A DNA stretch of 39,981 bases. Source: Candidatus Hydrogenedentota bacterium (lineage in GTDB: Bacteria > Hydrogenedentota > Hydrogenedentia > Hydrogenedentales > GCA-2746185). Positions within the stretch are counted from its first letter, which is position 1. Each line of letters begins with the position of its first letter. The notes beneath the pieces are model-generated. The model made no database searches and was not told the origin of the DNA. It saw nothing but the letters and a program-made list of their open reading frames with translations. Position numbers and translations under genes: made by a program. The stretch lies in contig JAYGCN010000121.1 of assembly GCA_046583315.1 (NCBI GenBank), forward strand, positions 1-39,981. The letters run 5' to 3'. Of the stretch, positions 10,140 to 19,344 are shown piece by piece.

Positions 10140-11630
10140 ATGGCTGTTGTAGAAGGATTGGCGCAAACGACACGGGGCACTGAGTTCCTGTCGGCGACGC
10201 GCAAGATGTTAATTAATGGAGAGTGGGTTGACTCGGCTTCGGGCAAAACCTTTCCGGTGTATAACCCTGCGACGGGTGAAGAATTGGCTCAGGTTGCGGA
10301 GGGTGACAAGGAAGATATTGATCGCGCGGTGAAAGCGGCTCGTGCGGCCTTTGATTCGGGTCCGTGGTCCACGACGACGCCGAATGTGCGTGGCAAACTT
10401 CTCTGGAAACTCTCTCAACTCCTCGAAGAAAACATTGATACCTTTGCCGAACTGGAAACGCTCGACAATGGTAAAGCGTTGACCATTTCGAAAGCGGTGG
10501 ACATCTCGGCGGCGATCGAAAACTTTCAGTACATGGCGGGTTGGGCGACGAAGATTGATGGTCGCGCGATGACGCTTTCGACACCGGGCACGTATGCCTT
10601 CACACGCAAAGAACCTATCGGCGTATGCGGACAGATCATTCCGTGGAATTTCCCGATGCTGATGGCTGCGTGGAAATTGGCTCCGGCATTGGCTGCGGGT
10701 TGTACGGTAATCTTGAAACCTGCGGAACAGACTCCGCTGACTGCGCTGCTGCTCGGCGAACTCATCATGGAAGCCGGATTCCCACCTGGTGTGGTGAACA
10801 TCGTTCCCGGTTACGGCGAAACGGCCGGTGCGGCATTGGCTGAGCACCCGAATGTAGACAAGGTTGCCTTCACGGGTTCAACCGAAGTCGGCAAAATCAT
10901 CCTGAAAGCTTCGGCGGGGAATTTGAAGAAAGTCACGCTTGAACTTGGCGGTAAATCTCCGAACATCGTGTTCGCCGATGCCGACCTTGAGGCGGCGGTC
11001 GGTGGTGCGGCAACAGGAATCTTCTTCAACCAGGGACAGGTGTGTTGCGCGGGTTCACGTCTCTTTATTGAGAAGAAAGTATTCGACAAGGTCGTTGGTC
11101 CCTTAGCCGATGCGGCGAACAACATGAAAATCGCTCCGGGCATGGATCTCTCCTGTGAAATGGGACCGCTCGTGTCCGATGAGCAGCTTGAGCGCGTGAC
11201 CAGCATGGTTGAACAGGGCAAGAAAGACGGGGCCTCTGCGATATGCGGCGGTGATCCCACTGGCGGTCCTGGTTATTTCTATAAACCGACCATTCTCGTG
11301 GATACGAAACCGGATATGAGTGTTGTGCGTGACGAAATTTTCGGGCCGGTGGTGACGGCGATCCCCTTTGATGATCCGAATGAAATCGTGGCCGCCGCAA
11401 ACGATTCGGACTACGGTCTCGCTGCGGGTATCTGGACGAGTGATGTTTCCAAGGCGCACAAAATTGCTGCGGGCCTCAAAGCCGGTACGGTCTGGATCAA
11501 CTGCTACAATCTCTTCGATCCGCACATGCCCTTTGGTGGCTTCAAGCAATCGGGAATCGGTCGCGAAATGGGACCGGAAGCACTGGAGAACTACCTCCAG
11601 ACCAAGTCGGTGTGTATCGCGACTGGCTGA
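10140..11630 (+). CDS. NAD(P)-dependent aldehyde dehydrogenase (ALDH1/2-like, phenylacetaldehyde DH-like)
   Basis: Motifs IIPWNFP, KPAEQTP, FTGSTEVG, LELGGKSP, FFNQGQVCCAGSR (catalytic Cys), EIFGPV, PFGGFKQSGIGRE. AAGGAG SD; start is ATG 10140 or GTG 10134. Confidence 0.96.
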   Translation: MAVVEGLAQTTRGTEFLSATRKMLINGEWVDSASGKTFPVYNPATGEELAQVAEGDKEDIDRAVKAARAAFDSGPWSTTTPNVRGKLLWKLSQLLEENIDTFAELETLDNGKALTISKAVDISAAIENFQYMAGWATKIDGRAMTLSTPGTYAFTRKEPIGVCGQIIPWNFPMLMAAWKLAPALAAGCTVILKPAEQTPLTALLLGELIMEAGFPPGVVNIVPGYGETAGAALAEHPNVDKVAFTGSTEVGKIILKASAGNLKKVTLELGGKSPNIVFADADLEAAVGGAATGIFFNQGQVCCAGSRLFIEKKVFDKVVGPLADAANNMKIAPGMDLSCEMGPLVSDEQLERVTSMVEQGKKDGASAICGGDPTGGPGYFYKPTILVDTKPDMSVVRDEIFGPVVTAIPFDDPNEIVAAANDSDYGLAAGIWTSDVSKAHKIAAGLKAGTVWINCYNLFDPHMPFGGFKQSGIGREMGPEALENYLQTKSVCIATG

Positions 11631-11657
11631 ATCTAGTCCAAACAGAGTGTTATACTT

Positions 11658-11694
11658 ATCGGTGAGTCCAATCGGACTCACCGATTTTTGTTTT
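11658..11694 (+). terminator. Intrinsic terminator after the ALDH gene
   Basis: Perfect 12-bp stem ATCGGTGAGTCC-AATC-GGACTCACCGAT followed by TTTTGTTTT. Confidence 0.88.
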
Positions 11695-11710
11695 GGAGAT
11701 TACAGCATTC

Positions 11711-12031
11711 ATGAGCGAAAACGAAACAGAGAAATCTGAATCGAGCTTGAACGAAGGCGGCTAATTGCATGAATCGAATCTACGTCGACTAAAGATTGCG
11801 TGGAGGTGCTTGTTCCTATTCATGTTGATAGGATTGACTGGTGCCTTGGACTATTTCGTCGGTTCCGCGAAGCTAGTTTTCTTCTTGGTACTACTTCTAA
11901 TTCCGGGCGCCTACATAACAACCGATTTACTCTTTTCAATGGTTTCCGCTCGTTTTACCAAGGTAATGATCGTCGTGACGGAATTCCTGTTGCTTTACTT
12001 TCTTCTTACCAAGGGAGATTGGACAAGTTGA
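11711..12031 (+). pseudogene. Small membrane protein gene (about 3 TM) interrupted by an in-frame TAA
   Basis: GGAG SD, ATG 11711, MSENETEKSESSLNEGG, TAA at 11762-11764, then the same frame continues LHESNLRRLKIAWRCLFLF... to TGA 12031. AT-richer than neighbouring genes. Confidence 0.55.
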
Positions 12032-12060
12032 CCTTCCGGTGTCTACGGAACGAAAACCTG

Positions 12061-13107
12061 ATGCGCTTTCTCGCGATAGTTTTCGTGTTGTTTGCTTCGG
12101 TCATGTCGCATGCTGCGGACTTCGATATTCATTGGGATGGTCGATTCGAAAAACAACTCAGCGCGTATAACCTATTCGCCGATCCGGTTACTCAGATGCC
12201 AAACGAAGGCTTGTTAGGATATGAGATCGTCTCCCCCTTGTTTAGCGATTACGCATTGAAAGATCGGTTCATCTATCTGTCGGACGGCGCGACGATGCGA
12301 TATGATGAGTGGGAGGCCTTTGAGCTGCCGGTGGGGTCGGCGATGGTGACGACCTTCTCCTATCCCAAAGATTTTCGTGAGCCGGACAAAAACATTCGCC
12401 TTATCGAGACGCGTTTGATGATTCACACGGAGATGGGTTGGAAAGGCGCTGCGTATGTTTGGAACGAGGAACAGACGGATGCGACGCTGAAGGTGGCGGG
12501 CAAACAGATTCCGCTGGAGTGGACGCATTATGACGGTACGCGGCGGTCGACGAAGTATCTCGTGCCGAATATGAATGAATGTCGATTTTGCCATCGTGCG
12601 ACGGGCACGGTTGGGCCGCTTGGGGTAAAGGCGCGGCAGTTGAATCGTTTTGTTGAGACGGGGAATGGGCGGGGCAATCAGCTGCAACACTGGAAGGCGA
12701 TTGGGATTCTGGATGGCTTGTCCGAACCAGATGACGTGCCCCGAATGGCGGCTTGGAGCGATGCATCGGGGGAATTGGACGCACGTGCCGCGGCCTATCT
12801 GGACATTAACTGCGCGCATTGTCACAATCCGAAGGGCCACGCCAACTATACGCGATTGGATTTGTCATACACGCAACAGGATTCTTCTTATAAGGGCGTG
12901 TTTCATCGTCCGACATCGGCGGGAAATTCGTCGCGGGGTCTATTCTATGCGATCGTTCCGGGTGATGCTGAGGCATCTTTCCTGTTGCACCGTATTCGAT
13001 CGACTGAACCGCAGACGCGCATGCCGCAGACGGGGCGAACGGTGACGCATGATGAAGGGGTTGAGTTGATTCGGGAGTGGATCGAGTCGTTAGTCGTGGA
13101 TGAGTGA
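12061..13107 (+). CDS. SO2930-family dihaem c-type cytochrome
   Basis: Signal peptide MRFLAIVFVLFASVMSHA (start revised to ATG 12061); motifs PLFSDYALKDRF, IETRL, YVWNEEQTDA; two CxxCH motifs (CRFCH, CAHCH); RMPQTGR. Confidence 0.88.
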   Translation: MRFLAIVFVLFASVMSHAADFDIHWDGRFEKQLSAYNLFADPVTQMPNEGLLGYEIVSPLFSDYALKDRFIYLSDGATMRYDEWEAFELPVGSAMVTTFSYPKDFREPDKNIRLIETRLMIHTEMGWKGAAYVWNEEQTDATLKVAGKQIPLEWTHYDGTRRSTKYLVPNMNECRFCHRATGTVGPLGVKARQLNRFVETGNGRGNQLQHWKAIGILDGLSEPDDVPRMAAWSDASGELDARAAAYLDINCAHCHNPKGHANYTRLDLSYTQQDSSYKGVFHRPTSAGNSSRGLFYAIVPGDAEASFLLHRIRSTEPQTRMPQTGRTVTHDEGVELIREWIESLVVDE

Positions 13108-14139
13108 TTGTATTGCGTCGGGTGAATGGCCGACTTCGATGAGCGGTGCCAGAATGTTCGTTTCCATATCGGGCACGTAATACATGAGCGCGCTAGCATC
13201 GCCGTGCAGGGTGATGGATTGCTCTTCGGCAGGCACGAGTGCGGATTCGCCGGGTTTTAGATAGACCGAGTCGTCCCCCACTTCAATCGTTAGGGTTCCC
13301 GATTTGGCGAGGAAGAGTTGCATGGTTGAGCCGCGATTGGTGTCAGTGTAGGTATCTTTTAGGATGATTTCTTCGGAGGCGAAATAGCGGCAGGCGCACA
13401 AGACGTGCACGGTTGTTTTGTTTTCGGTATAGCTAAGTACATGAGCCGCGCCGTGGTGAATATTAGGATGTTTGGATGCTTTGAGGGATTTTTCGATGTG
13501 AAGTTCGCGCGGATTCCCGTCGGCATCGACGCGTCCCCAGTCGCTGATGCGGTAGGTGAGGTCGCTGTTCTGTTGAATCTCGGCAATCATGCATCCTTCG
13601 CCGATGGCGTGGATGGTCCGGGCGTTGATGAAGAGCGATGCGTTGGGTTCAGCTTTGTACATGTTCAGATGATCCGCTATCGTGTCGTCACGAATGGCCT
13701 GCTGCAATTCGGCTTCGGTGATTGACTCTGATACGCCGCAATACAACTCCCCCTCGGGGGTCTCATCGAGAATATGCCACATCTCCGTTTTCCCGACATC
13801 GGGTTCGCCTAATGCCTCGGCGATTGCGTCGTCGGGATGTACCTGAATCGACAGGCGATCCTGCGCATCGAGAATTTTGAGTAATAACGGAAATCGTCCG
13901 TGAAGCGTGAGACTTGTCCGCGAACCGAGGAACGATTCAGGGTTTTCAGTCGCCAACTCGTGCAGGGTTCTGCCCGCGTGTGCACCGCGATTGACAACCG
14001 AGGTGTGCTGGGCGTGGTCTGATATGAGCCAGGCTTCTCCGATGGCTTCGTCGGGGATTGGTTTGCCGTAGCGGGTCTTGAGATTGCGACCGCCCCACAT
14101 GCGCGGCACGTAGTGTTCTTCGAAGGTCAGAATGGACAT
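13090..14139 (-). CDS. manA: Type I phosphomannose isomerase (cupin)
   Basis: Motifs WGG..L, IGEAW.ISDH, FPLLLKILDA...LSIQVHPDD, GKTEMW, IHAIG, EIQQNSDLTYR..DWGR, RELH. Start revised to ATG 14139. Confidence 0.92.
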   Translation of the reverse strand: MSILTFEEHYVPRMWGGRNLKTRYGKPIPDEAIGEAWLISDHAQHTSVVNRGAHAGRTLHELATENPESFLGSRTSLTLHGRFPLLLKILDAQDRLSIQVHPDDAIAEALGEPDVGKTEMWHILDETPEGELYCGVSESITEAELQQAIRDDTIADHLNMYKAEPNASLFINARTIHAIGEGCMIAEIQQNSDLTYRISDWGRVDADGNPRELHIEKSLKASKHPNIHHGAAHVLSYTENKTTVHVLCACRYFASEEIILKDTYTDTNRGSTMQLFLAKSGTLTIEVGDDSVYLKPGESALVPAEEQSITLHGDASALMYYVPDMETNILAPLIEVGHSPDAIQSLIHD

Positions 14140-14296
14140 GAGGTAATGATAACAGACGGTTGACAAAAACGAATAATCGGGAAAACGCAACTGTTTGGAG
14201 TTAAGACGGATACATAGGGTAAAATAGGTACAGTTAAAGAGTAGCTTGGTGAAAAATGCTTCGGCCATGGGTGGCTGTTTGATAAAGGAGATCGAT

Positions 14297-15016
14297 ATGA
14301 GTTTCGGAAATGAAGGATACCAGCCCCAGGAATATACGACGGCTGATCGTGCGACTGCAACGGACCGGGGTCAGTTTATACTGAAAACATACCTGCATCT
14401 TCTCGGCGCGATCATCGCGTTTATTGGTATCGAGACGGTGCTGCAGATTACCGTCGCCCAGTCCATTATGGAAAGGATGACTGGACGCAATAGCAACATG
14501 AGCCTGCTGGTCGCCTTTGGCCTGTTCATCTTTGCCAGCCACATCGCGAATAAATGGGCGCATTCGGATACCTCATTGACGATCCAATATTTCGGGCTCG
14601 GCCTCTACGTTCTGGTCCAGGCCTTGATTTTTATTCCCATTCTCTTTATGGCCGTGAACCACTCAAGTCCAGACGTGCTTCCTTCCGCAGCCATGTCAAC
14701 GGCCTTCATCTTCTGCGGATTAACGGCAGTCGTGATTATCACACGGAAGAATTTTTCGTTCCTCGCCCCCGTTCTGGGCATCGCAAGCATGATGGCCATC
14801 GCATTCATCGTGTGTAGCCTCATCTTCGGATTCAACATCGGCATCGTGTTTACCGTGCTCATGATCGGACTCGCCGCAGGATACATCCTCTATACCACAT
14901 CCAACATCCTGCATGAGTACGGCACGCATCAATACGTCGCCGCATCCCTCGCACTCTTCGCCGCCGTAGCCCTGCTTTTCATGTATATCCTGCGCCTCTT
15001 CATGTCCCGCGACTAA
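14297..15016 (+). CDS. Bax inhibitor-1/YccA family membrane protein
   Basis: Motifs FILKTYLHL, RKNFSFL, ILYTTSNI, YVAASLALF...LFMYILRL; about 7 TM; AAGGAG SD before ATG 14297. Confidence 0.9.
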   Translation: MSFGNEGYQPQEYTTADRATATDRGQFILKTYLHLLGAIIAFIGIETVLQITVAQSIMERMTGRNSNMSLLVAFGLFIFASHIANKWAHSDTSLTIQYFGLGLYVLVQALIFIPILFMAVNHSSPDVLPSAAMSTAFIFCGLTAVVIITRKNFSFLAPVLGIASMMAIAFIVCSLIFGFNIGIVFTVLMIGLAAGYILYTTSNILHEYGTHQYVAASLALFAAVALLFMYILRLFMSRD

Positions 15017-15043
15017 CTTACTTTCTTCTTGAAAAGAACCGGG
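15017..15043 (+). repeat. Possible deleted remnant of the two-hairpin repeat (copy D)
   Basis: CTTACTTTCTTCTT-G-AAAAGAACCGGG directly after the stop codon resembles the left arm and the tail of copy A. Confidence 0.35.
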
Positions 15044-15089
15044 AAACGCTTTGCATTTCCTGAGTGGGTGTGAATTTGGAAGGAGCGGT

Positions 15090-16633
15090 ATGCGAAGAGC
15101 ACGACTGGGTTTAGGCTTTTTCTTTACACTCTTCGTATGCTTCGCTCTCGGAGCATGTTCGCGTGGGTACGATCCGGGACCGACAACAAAAGTCAGTGTC
15201 GACATCACGTTGACGGGTTTTGACAACGACCTGCCTCTTACGGTGCATGTCTTTCCGGGCAAGGCGACTCAGGGCGCATATGGGCGACCACGGGAACCAA
15301 CAGTTACGGTCGACTGGAGGACTCTCAAACACTTGAGTCGAGCTCCGGACAGCTGACTTTCGAAGTCTTTGAAAGCGAATGGATGACCGTATTTATTAGC
15401 TCGCAGAAGCGGGGCATCTACGTCGCAGAATCACGGAAGTTCGAGTCTGCAAAAACGCCTGTTGAGATTTCGGTCGACAAAAACTCGTTAGTCACCCTGT
15501 CTGGCACGGTCGGCAATCGACGAGGAATGACCCGTGACAAGACGTGGCTCTACTTTGGAAATAGTTATGGGTCGTTTCTCGATGAAGAAGCTGTGGGAAT
15601 CACTGATTCAGATGGGAACTTTGCTCTTCATGTGAACTCGCTCACGGAAACCTTGCTGGTCACGACGGAGGACGGTCGTACGGGCTGGTTGGAAATCGAT
15701 GCCTCGAAGGATGCGGCTTCTATCGAATTCGATCTTCGCCCCAAAGTTGAGAAAGGGAAATTGCTGATTGCTTCTCCGGCGAAGGGGACCGCCTTCGTTC
15801 GAGCCAACTATGGCACCTACAGTCAGTTTGCCAGCCCGTTTGGCGAGACTGGGTTTGAATTGACCGGACTTCCTCAGGGCGAGCCCTATCTGCGTGTGAT
15901 TTGGTCTGATGAGGTTGGACCCTTTGATGACTTCGTCCGGTTCAAATTGGGTATCTTCCCTAAGAAGTATTTGAACCGAAGCGTAACGCGGAAAGTGAAA
16001 CTCGACAAGAGCGACATGGGAACGATAGAGATTCCAATGACTGAAGAGACGCGAAAGTATATTGTTCGACTAGAGGGGCAATTGGACGCTGGTGTATTAG
16101 ATATTGAAGGATACGCGGATACGGGAGAACATTTTAGTACGACTCACGCTTTCAAGCGTCTCAAGTTTAAGATTGAAATTCCTGATTTCGAGCGGTTTCG
16201 AATAGGTGGACGCGTGAGAACGGATTCCGGCGACCAGAGAATATATCGATTTATAGACCGCGCGGCGTTGAGTGAAGAGAAATTGGTACTGAATCTCGCT
16301 CCCAAGGACGACGTAGCCATTTCGACGACTCTTAGGGGATTCCTTGAAATGAATGGAGGTTACGTCAATCTCTATCGAGGTACAATTGAGTCCGACGATG
16401 TCTTCGAGCACCCAGACATTTATTCTATGAGTTTGATGGATACGAAGGCGATGGAGAATATTGTCTCGACTGTCCGTTTCGACCATCTTGAACAGGGAGA
16501 CTATACGCTCGTTGCGCATGCGTTTCTTTCCGAAGGCCCCGGTCCTGTCGCGGAGCATTACGTAGCGAGAAAACCAATCACTATATCCCATGATGTGGCA
16601 GACGTAAGTATGAATCTACACTCATCACGCTAA
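15090..16633 (+). pseudogene. Frameshifted lipoprotein gene (beta-sandwich rich, unknown function), split into 15090-15356 and 15383-16633
   Basis: AGGAG SD, ATG 15090 and lipobox LGAC. The frame of the downstream ORF is open back to 15224, and one extra base near GTCTTTCCGGG (about 15249-15259) joins the two pieces into one ORF of about 514 aa. Confidence 0.68.
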
Positions 16634-16639
16634 CCTTGA

Positions 16640-16708
16640 GGATACACAGTATCCGTCCATTTTTCTTTTGCTTCTTTTCTCTTTTTGGAAAGAGAAAAGA
16701 AGGGCGGT
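16640..16708 (-). repeat. Dispersed two-hairpin repeat, copy B
   Basis: On the minus strand, directly after the yidC stop: ACCGCC, CTTCTTTTCTCTTT-CCAA-AAAGAGAAAAGAAG, CAAAAGAAAAA, then GGATAC-TGT-GTATCC. Confidence 0.78.
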
Positions 16709-18319
16709 TCAGCTTTTCGCGTTTACTCTTCGGGTGACGATTTCTTGTTGGATGTATTGTCCGATGTTGGACATCATCCAGTAGAGGACGAGTCCGGCGG
16801 GGAAGGAGTAGAAGAGGGTGAAGAAGAGTGCGGCGAGCATAATCATGGAGCGCATGTGTGATTTCTTCTGGTCGCCTTCTGCGGAGGTACCGAGGTTGGT
16901 GGTGAGCACCATCGTTACAGCCATCAGCATGGGAAGTATGTTGAAGTATGCGCCGAAGTAGGGGATGGTAAAGCCGAAGGGGAATAGTTGATCGGGAATT
17001 GACAGGTCGTCTATCCAGAGGAATCGGGCGCCTTGCATATCGATTTCCTGCCCGAGGATATTGAAGATGGCGATCAGGATCGGGAGTTGGAGAAGTACGG
17101 GCAGGCATCCGAGCATGGGCGCGAGCGGATTGATGCCGTGTTCTTTGTAAAGTGCCATAGTTTTTTTGTATTGAACCTGCGCGTCCGAGTGTTTCGCTTT
17201 GATCTCGTCGATGAGTGGTTTCAATTTCGCTTGATCAGCCATCATTTGCGCGTTCATTTTGATGGCTTTCTGGGCCATGGGGAATAATAGAATACGCACG
17301 AGCACGGTCAGCACGAGCAGCGTCACCCACCAGGAACCGATGACTCCGTAGATGGCTTTGAGGACATCGCCCAGCACGAGGCACAGCCATCGCAGCCACC
17401 CGGGCAGATTCGAATAGAGAATTGCGTCGTAGCCAGCCACCTCAAGCGCTTCGACCTCTTTTGGTCCTGCGTAGAACTCGAAAGCGAAGGAAACGGATTC
17501 ACCTGGGCCGAGAGAGTCAGGAACTGTTGGCTGTATCAGGAAGGCTGGATAAAATTCATAATCCTCTTCGGCAACTTCCGCTTGTTCGAGCATTGCGACG
17601 GGTACGTAGGCGCGACCGGATAGTGTGCCGCCATTCACATCTCGCAAAAACATTCCGTAATAGCGATTGTGAATTCCGACCCAACGCACGTCCGAATCAT
17701 CGAGTGGAAAATCCGTTTCCCAGGATTCTTCGTTCAAATCGAAGGGTTTGACCCCGTCATCCCCGCCCGCAGCTGCTTCGACATAGGAGTACATGGCATC
17801 GCCGAGCCCGCCGATGGAGCCGGGGATGATGCCGAGTCCAGGGCCTATCGTGATTGCGACATCGGAGAGGCTGATCGCATTCGCATTCCCGCGATTTGAT
17901 AGGTGGACAGTTAGTACGCCGGTGTACCCCTCTGCAGTGGTGACCATTTTCGAAATTTGCAGTCCGGATACGTGCATGGGAGACACGAACCGGCGAGACA
18001 ATGGATCAGTGGTCGCCGCCTCCGATGAATACCGTGCGGAGTTTGCAAAATGAGTCAGATCTCCGTCGATTCCATCCAGTACTAGACGGAAATGGCCTCC
18101 GAGATCCTGATCAGCAAGTTCGTCGTGCATCATGTGCACGGTCTCGCCTCCGGTTCCTGTGCGCGACACATCCCATTGAATTGGAATCGCGCCGTTGGGC
18201 GATAATCGGATTCGCGTGTGGTCGTCGAGAATGGCGATGTCGCCGACCGATTCCTGGGCAACAGTGCATACGCTGATTAGTGTAATCAGAAGAAGGCTGA
18301 TTATGTTGCGACACTTCAT
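16709..18319 (-). CDS. yidC: YidC/Oxa1 family membrane insertase (probable paralogue outside the rnpA-yidD locus)
   Basis: Motifs WVGIHNRYY, FYAGPKE, LTVLVRILLFP (conserved Arg), LYKEHGINPL..GCLPVLLQLPI, FLWIDDLSIPD, NILPMLM, FPAGLVLYW..SN...QQ. ATG 18319 overlaps the upstream stop (TGATG). The N-terminus looks like a cleavable signal peptide. Confidence 0.93.
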   Translation of the reverse strand: MKCRNIISLLLITLISVCTVAQESVGDIAILDDHTRIRLSPNGAIPIQWDVSRTGTGGETVHMMHDELADQDLGGHFRLVLDGIDGDLTHFANSARYSSEAATTDPLSRRFVSPMHVSGLQISKMVTTAEGYTGVLTVHLSNRGNANAISLSDVAITIGPGLGIIPGSIGGLGDAMYSYVEAAAGGDDGVKPFDLNEESWETDFPLDDSDVRWVGIHNRYYGMFLRDVNGGTLSGRAYVPVAMLEQAEVAEEDYEFYPAFLIQPTVPDSLGPGESVSFAFEFYAGPKEVEALEVAGYDAILYSNLPGWLRWLCLVLGDVLKAIYGVIGSWWVTLLVLTVLVRILLFPMAQKAIKMNAQMMADQAKLKPLIDEIKAKHSDAQVQYKKTMALYKEHGINPLAPMLGCLPVLLQLPILIAIFNILGQEIDMQGARFLWIDDLSIPDQLFPFGFTIPYFGAYFNILPMLMAVTMVLTTNLGTSAEGDQKKSHMRSMIMLAALFFTLFYSFPAGLVLYWMMSNIGQYIQQEIVTRRVNAKS

Positions 18320-19338
18320 CAAGGCACTAATCCGCACGCGCGGGTCAGGATAGTTATTGGCAGGAGTCCGATTGGTGAGGTCGTAGCCACGAATACGGGA
18401 GTTGTTCTGGGTTGGTAGCGCGATTTATGAAAACAGAGACCGCGAACGTTCACGAAGGGTGACCAGCCGAGTTTTTCGAAAATGCGGCATAGGGCGTAGA
18501 GGGGTAGTGCTCCTTTTCCATGCTCTTGAGCGGTCTCCCGAAGTTTGTGCATGGGCATGACACCCAGACTCACGAATTCGATCCCTTCCTCGCGAAACTG
18601 GTCCATTGCCTGCAGGAGGACCGCATCGAGCGTGCCTTTCGAAGCATCGGGTACGGCACGCAAGATGGAGGCGGTGTAGCCCACGCATTTGTGATCGCGA
18701 TAAATCGGGTCGAATACAACGAATCCGATTAGTCGGGAGCCTGATGTCGCTGAAAACATTCGTGTGTCGGGTTCGGGAGTTTGATTGAACGGTCGAACCA
18801 GAAAGGAGAGTTCGCGACGAGAGACGTGTTTGGTTTTGATCCAGCGATTGGATACCTGGGCCAACTCGAATCGTTCGGCGGGTGTATCGCGAATTTCGGC
18901 TATCTCTACGCCTGCGGATCGTACGCGATTTCTATAGTGACGGAGATCGCGTTTGTTGCGACCGGAGAGATTGAAGTCCACGAGGTCTATCCAGGCATCG
19001 GTACCTACGGGTGTCATGTGTACACCGATGTTGCGCAACGCTTCTGACGCCGCACCGTCTACTTGGGCAAAAATAACTCCTTTTCGGTCTCGCAAAAAGG
19101 CCTGAATTACATCTTCGTAATCGTTTTCCGCGCAGAGGGGGTTGCCGAGCGCCAGGGTGTGCCCCATGAACTTTCTATACGCGATGCCCCCCACGCCCGC
19201 CACTTCAAAAAAAGACAGGTCGTGTTGCATGACCGAGTAGGCGAGTGAATGACTTCCGTAGGCGCGGAGATAGGCCCGAATTCCGGACTCCGTTGCGGGC
19301 TGAAGTTCGTTTCGCATCTGTAGGGAGTTTTGCGTCAT
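18319..19338 (-). CDS. Stand-alone DUF2156 / MprF C-terminal-type aminoacyl-tRNA-dependent transferase (no membrane domain)
   Basis: Motifs HSLAY, ALGNP (cf. ALGDP), FNLSGRNKRDLRHYRNR, IGFVVFDP, FVSLG..P, VRGLCFHKSRY.P; no long hydrophobic segments. Confidence 0.85.
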   Translation of the reverse strand: MTQNSLQMRNELQPATESGIRAYLRAYGSHSLAYSVMQHDLSFFEVAGVGGIAYRKFMGHTLALGNPLCAENDYEDVIQAFLRDRKGVIFAQVDGAASEALRNIGVHMTPVGTDAWIDLVDFNLSGRNKRDLRHYRNRVRSAGVEIAEIRDTPAERFELAQVSNRWIKTKHVSRRELSFLVRPFNQTPEPDTRMFSATSGSRLIGFVVFDPIYRDHKCVGYTASILRAVPDASKGTLDAVLLQAMDQFREEGIEFVSLGVMPMHKLRETAQEHGKGALPLYALCRIFEKLGWSPFVNVRGLCFHKSRYQPRTTPVFVATTSPIGLLPITILTRACGLVP

Positions 19339-19344
19339 TACTCG

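Noticed and set aside
11762..11764. Stop-codon reassignment or selenocysteine/pyrrolysine readthrough
   Set aside because: The codon is TAA rather than TGA or TAG, and all three stop codons terminate conserved genes normally elsewhere in the window.
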